DNA from: Podarcis melisellensis
Taxonomy: Eukaryota
Reading direction: 5' to 3' (one strand)
Length of the DNA: 42,376 nt
NCBI GenBank assembly: GCA_964234715.1
Contig: OZ174284.1
Of this stretch, positions 33,032-42,376 are shown in pieces. A program made the translations under genes and the position numbers. Below the pieces are notes generated by a model. The model had not been told where the DNA came from, ran no database searches, and saw only the letters and a list, made by a program, of their open reading frames with translations. The stretch's first letter is position 1; every line of letters begins with the position of its first letter.

Positions 33032-36000
33032 CATCTTCTTTCTGCAGGCTGTCATACACTCCGGTGATAGCTCGAAACAGCCCAAACTTTCCTTTCATGT
33101 CACCAAATATCATTTTGCCCATGCTGCACTCTTGCTTTAATCATGTTATCTCTCTTCTAGTCTGCTCGGCGTGATGTCGTTTCAAACGATTCTGCTCCTT
33201 TTCTCCTGTTTTGATGTGTGTGTGTTTTTTTCTGGTACAACCTTTAAAGCTATAAATAGGCCAACGTACCTCTTTCTTGGGGACTGATATTGGTCTTACT
33301 TGATGGGCGTTTTATATAGAAGGCAAAATATTCTTATGAACATTTTACCTGGGGAAACCTTTTCATTTAGTGGTAATAAAGCATTGCCAGGTTCTTTAGG
33401 GCACCATTCCTGCTATTGGCCTGAATAATGTGCTGGTCTATTAGGATACATGTAGAAGAAGAAAAAGAGATCCCACTTCAACAGAGCTGAAATTTGGGAG
33501 GTAGCTATCCATCACAGACAACACTGATTATTTAATTTTTCTAAAGACACTTTAGGGAAACTACTGAAGGGAAATACTTGAGCTCTCATTAAGAATGACA
33601 AAGATCAGATTCACACAAGGGGTAGCACAGGTGGCTGGTTGCAATTGTAGCCACCTCGCCGTGTATGGAACAGTGTAATAATTCCCCAACCTTATGCCCT
33701 CCGTATTGTGCTGGACCCCCACCCACCCACCCACCCAATCATTCCTTATCTTGGGCCTTGGTGGATGCAGCTGCGGGGAGTTGGAGTCCAACAACATCTG
33801 GAAGGCATCAGGCTGGGAAGGCTGTCATAAAACTTCTTTTTTTAAAAAAAAACAGAGTTGACATATTTGACAAGAACTTCCCATGTAATGCAGACCCCCT
33901 CATGGGTGTGCTAGAAGCAGCCATGCATATGGGTCACTGTTGTTGTGACTCAGGCCACACAGCACACATGAGGATGCCTATAGAATGAGGATTTCTGGAG
34001 TATCAGATTTGTTGTTGTAATAAATGCATACATATTTAATGAATAGTCATTGTTATGGGCAATGTATGTAATCCTGGAAATCATAGAATTGTAGAGTTGC
34101 AAGGGACCTCAAGAGTCATTAAAAAAACTTTATCGAATAAAACAATATATATACAATTACAAAGTTTCTTTAAGAAAATCTGCAGAGGGATCAGTCCTTT
34201 CCCTCTGTCACAATAAGAGAAGAGAAGAAACTACCCCAGGTTAGCTTACTTCACAACCCACAGCTATTATTCTGGCATTTGTGGAAATTTTCAAATCTAA
34301 ATGAGTTGTTTGTGTTAGTTTTTAGGCCAGGGCTGACTAACCACTGGTCTAGAAGACTGGAATAGGCCCCAAGCGATTTCTGCACCCTCCTGTAACCCCA
34401 GGCAGGGTGGCAAAAGTAGATTGAATGGCTGCAGGAGAAGCAACAGTCTTTCCCAATGTGAAATGACATATTTTGACAGCACACCAGTTCAGATCATCCA
34501 ATGAAACATTTTTAAATTATAGTAGGTTTCTCTGGGGCACGTTCTTTTAAGACTCCACTTACATAAGCTACTGTGCTCAATCAAAAATGATTTCTTTATT
34601 CCTAAACTTCAAGGCAAAGAGGATTTCTATACGTGCTGTCTCTGACCTGATTTTAGCTCTTCGTCTCCAGTTCCTTGCTCTTTCTTCCTCTGTCTCCTCC
34701 TGCATTATTCTGTCTGATTTTCCTCTGTGTCGCTTCCTAATTGTAAGACGCTTCGGGGTTTGCGATAGCACTTTTGTTTAGCACATGGAAGGCACTGACC
34801 TTTCTGCCTAGTTTTTTTTTTGTGGGAAATCTCCACATGAATTTGCCACAAAAGCTTTAAAAGGGCAGAGACTCATTCACACGTTCAGTTTTCGTTTGTT
34901 GAAAAGCTGCTATCCACGACTTACATTTATCCAATACAGAGACCCATATAATATGAAAAGTTCTTATTCGTTAAGAATTTTCAGGGGTTAAGGGTTTGTC
35001 AAGGGGGTAGCAGACTTATTGAGGTGGGTTTAGCATTCCTTTCTAGAGAACTGGCAGAGAGGAGCTATGGAGGATGAAGAAAGTCCTGCTTGTCAATGCC
35101 TTCCTCTCACTTTCACAATGAGCCTATGAAGCTGCTCTATACTGAGTCAAATTATGGATCCATCTAGCGGAGCATTGTCTACAGAGCTGACTCGATCATG
35201 ATTCACACTGAGCCAGGTGGCTGAGGTGGTGGATTAGAGCTGGGGTGGACTTTTGGAGACACAAAATCTGTACAACAAACTTCTTTGCAAATGAATTCAA
35301 GATATTGTGATTAATAGTTCTCCCCTCCACCCCAAAAACCCCCTATTTTCATTACACAATGTGTACTTAGCTCAATGTGTTAAAATACACTTGGATTTCT
35401 TTCCTATATATTGCCTGTGTCGTGTTTTATTAGGCAACAGCTGCAAAGAGAAGGAAAGGTCTGTGGAAAGAGCCTTCCAGCTCCCTGTCAATCTTTCCTC
35501 CCTGGAATGGAAAGAACCAACCACAGCTTGCTGATGAGCCAAATAACTGCTACATTAGAGACTGCCTTGCATCCTTGCAATTAGATTGATTGTGCGAAGT
35601 AGCAAGCATCTGAGAGCAAGCCCAGGAAGGGAGATGAAACTGAAATCCGTTAATGTGAAGTTTTCTGATGTTGAAAACAGCAGCAGCTGCAAGAGTCTGG
35701 AGATAGTCGTGTCTGTATGAACCTTTATTCTCCCCCTCCCAACATTTGAAAGGAAGTCTAATGATGAATCATACACTGCTCTATAAATAAAACATGACGA
35801 TGGATTGCCAGACTCAGAAACATTCTCATTAAAGCCTGTTGTTTTTAAATCCAAAGAGCCTCATTTATTATTTTAATCTCTGAATCATTTGGGGACAATT
35901 GCACCATAATGTCAAATACACTTCAGTTGTGCAGTGAAATTTAACTATGCTACATGCAATAGAAATTCATGTCCAGTTTAGAATTCTGAATAAGTAGCTG

Positions 36001-38234
36001 CCACTGTAGGATGACTCACTGATATGATATATATCCACAAATTTCCGTCTACAGTCAGGAGCAAGAACAAGGACCTGCCAGATTTCCATCTTCACTCCAA
36101 AAAAGCACTTGCTAAGTGGCTATTGAGTTTCTGATACTACTCTTAAAAGAGATCGCATTGCTCATTTTCTTCTTGAATTAAAAACAAAAACTAGCACATG
36201 GTGACGAGTGGGAAGCTCACAGTTAAGAAAATATTCTCTTCACTGTTAATGAGTTAGAATAGTCCACAGTGTCTCTCTAGATACATAAATAATAGAAAGC
36301 TGCATAAATTGTTAAGAGACTCTTGGCCCCAATAGTGATCATTCTTCTTCTTCTAAATAGGACCTGATTAATACTACGTATAAGCACCTGTGATTACCAC
36401 TGAAGCAGTTCAGCAGATTGCAGTTGTTACATCATTGCTTCCAGAGCAGCTCTTCAGAACTCAGAGAGGATTATTCCAGCATCAGAAGAGCAGAGCCTAA
36501 AAGGAAGATCCACAAATAATTTAAATGAGAGTGCTTCTTTGTATGTACAGACAACCCACAAAGAAGCCAATTCAGTCTTGAGTGTAAGCCTGAGGGTCCA
36601 TGACGCATTGTCTCAATATTCATAATTTTTTTTCAGTTTTGACAATATTTTTGTCAAGCAATATCTTGGCAAAAAAATAAAATAAAAAACCCAACAACAC
36701 ATAGGTGTAAAGGTCAATTCCCTTTTCTCTCATGAATATGGAGGCTAGAAGGAAATGCTATATCTCTTATCATACTGGAGAAGAATTTTAGATAGGGCAA
36801 TCTGCTGTGTGCAAAACCTTACATTTGCCCTTACTTTGTCCCTTTGGGCACTTTATTACCACCTTCAGCTAATGGCCTGTCAGTGGGATTGTTCCAACAT
36901 GGGTATTAAATAGGTCTCTGTTTTATTCTATATTACAAGTTTGCAGTAGTTATTTTGGCATTAATTCCCTTGTTTTATTCATCTTGTTCAACTTATTCTG
37001 CATTGGTTGTTTTGCCCATCATCCTTTCTCCTAAGCACAAAGTAACTCGAGCTGTTATTTCTTTATTAGCTTATTCATTTGTTGCCTTCTTTTTATACTA
37101 TCTTGCCTTCATTTTATGTAATGGGTCTGGTGCCAGAATAAAGCCTTAAATTCATTTCGGTTACATAACTGGTTCTGTGGTCACTTTTGTTGCTTAAGCT
37201 TTGTCCATGGGAGAGTGATTATAGTTCACCCCCCTGTGGAAATATGTGAGTTGCAATATGGCCACAACATTTATCCTTAGCTCCATTTATCACTGGGATC
37301 AAACCAGCCCAAGTGCATGTCTGCCAATAAGAATATGTTCCCAGGCACTGATATATCTATTCCCACCAGAAATTTCCACCAGCATGTATAATGTGTGGAC
37401 CTCTACCTTCCACCTAATTGCAGTCAATGTTCCTTGTAAGTATGAAGTATCTCTTCTCTCTCTCTTTCTTCATTCAAGCAGCTTTATATATTTGTGTTTC
37501 ATTACTTCTCTTCATTATGCTTTTTGAGTCGTCTTTTTGCTCAGTATTTGTTTCAAATACTTATACCATTACCTCAAAGGACAAATACCTTTTGAACTAT
37601 GTGTTTGCAGTATGAGTTAAATTCTTCTGGTTTTCCTTTACTGGGAGCTCATATAGCATCCAGAAGTTTACCTAGTTGCTTGCCATATGGGTAACCCTGC
37701 TTAAATATAGGCCATCTGCCTTGCAGTTCCCTAACATGTGTTCCTATTTTCTATTTTGAGCAGTGTCTCCGGTTTAGGAATGTTGTGTCTGTTTAGCTCT
37801 TTGGCTGGTCACCTGACATTACTATATTTATGAATTAGTCTCTCTCGCTCTCACATACACACACTAACAATTTTTCTGGTTTCGGATAATGGTGGAAATT
37901 TAGTCTTTATGGCATTGACCCTCTCTTTACAAGTCTTCATGAACATTCCAATTCTTCTATGCTATGTGCGTCCATGTGAAATCCTGGCAACTTTCTGCTT
38001 AAAAAAAGAATACTGTTGCTGAGTTTGCTGAGCGGTTGCAACTCCAAGTCACAATTATCTCCATTAAGATTTGACATCTTTTAGGCAACAACCAGTGCTA
38101 TTGTTCTCTTATAATGGCAATAGTGTCTACCTTGGAGGTGCTGGAACTGAGTTCTGGTGACTTCTGGCTGAATAAAAGCCCTGGAAATAATACTCAGTCG
38201 CTCGACTGATTGAAATTATCAGCAGTCCTCCTAT

Positions 38235-38880
38235 TAATGTATTTATTAAATGCATATTCTGCCATTCATTTGAGGATCATAGGGTAGTTTACAGTACAGT
38301 AATACTTCCATGAATATCCCCCTTGTCTACCATCCATTCCGGCGAACGTCCGTGGCAAACCTGGAAGTACCAGAATGGGTTACTTCCAGGTTTGCTGCTC
38401 ACGCATGCACAGAAGTGCAAACTGCTCCATGCGCATGTGCAGATGTGGCACTTCGCGCTACGTCCTTTTCAGCTAGCGGCCGGGGCTCCGGAACGGATCC
38501 CGGCTGCAACACAAGGTACGACTGTATAAAAACACAAACATGCAAAACAATGCCACACCCAGCTTAGAAGGGCAAAGATTGTTTAATTAAATGAAGGCCT
38601 AGGAAAAGAAGAATGCTTTAGCATGGCACCTAAAGATCTATTTCTAAAGGCACCAGATGAGCCTCCCTAGGAAGAATATTCCGCAAGTACCACTGCAGAA
38701 AAGGTCCATTCTCATGAGCTTTCATGGAGGGGGTACATGAAGAAGGTCCTCGGATTATGATTTCAGGGTCCGGGGTCCTTGAAGTACTGTGGACCTGAGC
38801 CATTTAAGGCTTTATAGGTCAAAACTAGCACTTTGAATTGGGCCCAGAAACTAATTGGCAGCCAGTGTAGTTGGACCGGG
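38235..38880 (-). mobile_element. Old L2 3' fragment containing a MITE
   Basis: LHWLPISFWAQFKVLVLTYKALNGSGPQY on minus (38780-38870), with a degraded 3' end toward 38235. Confidence 0.75.
38297..38524. mobile_element. Tc1/mariner-superfamily MITE, different subfamily
   Basis: cagtaatactt / aaggtacgactg termini with TA on both sides; CpG-rich interior. Confidence 0.7.
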
Positions 38881-40679
38881 ATCAGTGGGGGGGTGCCCCA
38901 CACCCCAAGGTCATGCGTGCAGGCAGACTGTGGCTGCCTGCTGGTGGGGAGTGAGCTCCCTCCGGACCCCACTCCCCACTCCGCGATCATCCCTACAGGT
39001 ACACAAAAATATTCTGGAAGTTACTTTGTCTCATCTCTGAGGCCTTTATATAATAAAGATTTAAAATAGGGTTAGGGTTCTCATTGCAATATTACCCCAA
39101 ATCATAGCCCCTCAAACCAAACAAGCAGTTCCAAGATGTATGTGCATTACTGCTTCGCCTGCTTGAGTTCTTTGCCATTTCCATAGCAGTTTGGATTTCA
39201 CGCATCAGTGATAACAATTCTCTTTAAAAACAACAGCATACCATCCCCTTATCCTGGCTGAAGCAGAGGTAAATCAAGGCCTGATGTTCTGTCCCAGAGG
39301 TTATTCCCTGCCTTCCTGTCTGTGATTCAACCCTGAAACTAACTCAGGGAAGATAATGAATCGAGGCGGATGTTATTCTGGAAGAACTGTGTGTAATTTA
39401 TCCTGCTGGAAGATAGACACGTGTCCTCTTCTCCATATTACATTTAATGCGGCTTAAGTTATGGGCATGATTTCCAAGAGCACATCAGGGCCTTCTTACA
39501 ATGACACAAATATGACTCTCTTTTTCTAATCCACTTGGTAGTCTTTGCCTTGCATTAATACCCAGCATTGATTCCAGCAGCTGCGTAAGAAGAGATTGCA
39601 ACAACAGAATCCAGTATGTGCTTCATCTTTCTGGAGCAGCATGTAAAGTGCCCAAGTTCCTGATGAATGTATTACACAACTTCTTTGATATATGAATCAG
39701 CTAGATGTTATGCTCTCAAAATTCATTAAAAGTCCTCAGGCAGTTAAGCTTCACGCTTATTATAAATTATTCTGCCCAGCTGGGCTAATCATAACTTTTT
39801 GCCCAGCCAAGTCATAATGTAATCAGTTACCTTCCTGAAATGTAACCGGCAGCACACAGTCTTCCGGATGTTCAGAATCTCCAGGTTAGCTAGGTGATAA
39901 TCTTTCCTGGTATGTTCAAAAATGATACAGAAGGGCACTCCTAATAAATTATAAGCTTAAATGCAAACAATAAGTTGACAATAACAGCACAAATCATATG
40001 CCTTACATCAAGCCTAACCTAATTCTCACCAATTCAGTTCTGTCCTAATCTGTCCCGTTATCACTTTTCTAAAGGCAGGGAATTCTTTCTCCAAACTGCA
40101 ATACCTACACATACATACACAAAGCTGTTTCCATTTTCACAGATTAAACTTCATTGTGGGACTCAGTATCAAAACAAGGGACTTGATAATATAAGTAACA
40201 TATATTGTCATATTGTAAAAAGAAAGGGACTTTTTGTTTTTCCACAATTAAAGTCAATATTGATTTAGTTTTTAAAGTGAGCTTAACGTTTGTGTATCCC
40301 GATATAATTTTAATCTTCATCAGGCTATTGTTTTAAAGAAAAACACTTTAAAATGATTAAATCAGATTTTTAAAAATCTAGTTGATAAAAAATCTGCTAT
40401 ATTAAATGCCATATTAAAACCAATACTCACAACCATATATGAATGCAATGCTGTACATTAATATGCGTTGATTCATGCATGTCCCAGCCACTTGTCAACA
40501 TACAATATGTGTACATCTGCAATGGCTGTGAAGTATACATCTTGTTGGACCCTAATCAGAGTGTAGAATGAAAGTGAAATGTATTTCTGGAGCTGAATTG
40601 GTCAGCTACAGTACTGATACACTTTGGCTTGAAGTACACATATAATTATTACATGTGTACATCAAGATGTCAGATCTAC

Positions 40680-41030
40680 TGCAATACCTCAAGGACCTTC
40701 TTTATCGCATATGAACCAACCTGGACCCTGTGATCATCACCTGAGGCCCTTCTTGTGCCTCCTCAAGAGGTCTGGAGGGTGGCAACACAAGAACAGACCT
40801 TTTCTCTTTGGGCTTCTCCCTTGTGGAATGTTCTCCCCAATGAGCCTCATTTGGCATCTTCATTACATACCTTTAGGCACCAGGCAGAACATTCCTCTTC
40901 TCCCAGACATTTATGACCTGTTGGGGGTGCATTGGTTTTATTTGTTATTATGGTGTGTATTTTGGTGTTTTTATACTGTAAACTGCCCTGTGATCTTCAG
41001 ATGAGGACGGTATAGAAGTTTTCATCATCA
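40680..41030 (+). mobile_element. Old L2 3' fragment
   Basis: caatacctcaaggacc...ggagggtggcaacacaagaacagaccttttct...tgtggaatg...tgtaaactgccctgtgatcttcagatgaggacggtataga. Confidence 0.7.
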
Positions 41031-41477
41031 TACATTCAACAGATTGAACAGTTGTGAACTTACCAGAATTTCACACCAAGAGCATCTATTTCTGTGGGTC
41101 TTGTCTGCTGAGAAGTCAAGACTGCTTAGACTTATTAGAATATGAGCTCTAAATGATTCGCATTGATTCGAAGATTGATATTCTAATGACAGAGATAATC
41201 TCCTATCGTGAAGGAGATGGAGATTAAGAAAGGGTTGACAGAGGCAATATTCTCTCTCTTAGCTCCCTTGCATAGGATCCTATAAGCTTCTTTGGCCTTT
41301 TACTCTGTGGGTGGCAGTACAATTTGGCACATTCTCAATCAGAAACCAAGACATATACAGAACGAATGTTCTATCACTTCCTGGATGTCTGAATGAGAAA
41401 AGTTTCCAGTTATCCTCAGCCAATCTGCACCATTGCTGCCGAAAGTAGCTGAGTATGAGGGACGCACTCGGACAGGA

Positions 41478-41780
41478 ACTATAGAATTTGCTGCCATGAG
41501 AAGATGTGGCGGCCACTGGCTCAGATGACTTTAAAAGGGGACAAGACAGATTTCTGGAGAATAAAGTTGTCAATGGCTACTAATTGTGGTGGCTATATAT
41601 CTCCAGGGTCAGAGGCAGCAAGTCTCTGAATACTTGTTGCTGAGGAACAATAGCAGGCGTGTCCTCTGGCACTCATGGCACTCTATCTATCTTGTGAGCT
41701 TCTCATAGGCATCTGGTTGGAAAAAAAGGATGCTGGACTAGACAGGTGTTTTTTTATCTGAGCCAGTAGGACTCTCCTTG
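41478..41780 (+). mobile_element. CR1 3' end fragment
   Basis: Homologous to 535-827 (ctatagaattt...gatgactttaaaagggga...aatggctacta...ggatgctggactaga). Confidence 0.7.
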
Positions 41781-41784
41781 TGTT

Positions 41785-41812
41785 TAGATAGATAGATGAT
41801 AGATAGATAGAT

Positions 41813-41851
<39 letters not shown>

Positions 41852-41886
41852 GATAGATGATAGATGATAGATGATATAGATGATAG
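41785..41886. repeat. (GATA)n microsatellite at a CR1 tail
   Basis: Imperfect GATA/GAT array seen directly. Confidence 0.97.
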
Positions 41887-42376
41887 CAATTGAAACTGTA
41901 AGTGCAGAATGTTTATAGGTGGTGGTGGTGGCAGCAACCATGGAAGCAACCCAAACTGGATATGTTCATAAATTTGGTGGAAAAGTTCCCCTTTAATAAA
42001 GCTAAGGAAGTTAGCTCTGCCACCCCAAAACTTTACCTACTGTTATGCATAAATATATACATTACGGTTACATCATTTTTTGAACAAAACCCATGATAGG
42101 ATACTTCACCCCTTGGCATACTGGAGAAACTCGTGTCATGTAGCATCGGAATCCCTGTCACAAACAGTCATGCTTCAGGGCTTTGTCAGGCTTATTTGGT
42201 AGAATAGGCACCTTCTAAGTGACAGCTCTTAAAAAGACAGAACTTTGCTGATGCTTTTTGCATTAAAACATCTGTAATAAATTGCAACGTGTCTGCTTGT
42301 CAACAGGCTGGCTCCATTTTTTGTGATAGCCAGGAGACTCCTATAACAAACATGCTGAATTTATCCAACTTGGGCA

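Noticed and set aside
39831-39940. Minus-strand 110-nt open exon candidate (VPFCIIFEHTRKDYHLANLEILNIRKTVCCRLHFRK)
   Set aside because: Weak acceptor, no recognisable homology and no partner exons; expected by chance.

Overview
Vertebrate, repeat-rich, largely non-coding DNA. The repeat complement (Sauria SINEs, RTE/BovB, L2, CR1, Squam3-like SINE, TA-flanked Tc1/mariner MITEs, hAT MITEs) points to a squamate reptile, probably a lacertid lizard (inference). No host gene is confidently recognisable; all long ORFs come from retroelements. Highlights: (1) a young 5'-truncated Penelope-like element (28715-30263) inserted in a (TA)n tract, with a GIY-YIG endonuclease and 426-bp inverted pseudo-LTR arms that each carry a minimal hammerhead ribozyme; (2) three diverged copies of an ~800-bp non-coding element (5350-7686 split by an L2, 23592-24402, ~19345-20115 on minus) with no TG...CA ends, a trinucleotide-duplication/circle-junction signature suggesting a tyrosine-recombinase (DIRS/Ngaro-type) origin, and conserved, covarying RNA hairpins; (3) several nested insertions with readable target-site duplications (TSDs), including SINE > solo LTR > BovB; (4) a few CpG-retaining non-repeat islands and speculative exons. 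There is one 132-N assembly gap (13917-14048). All alignments were made by eye.
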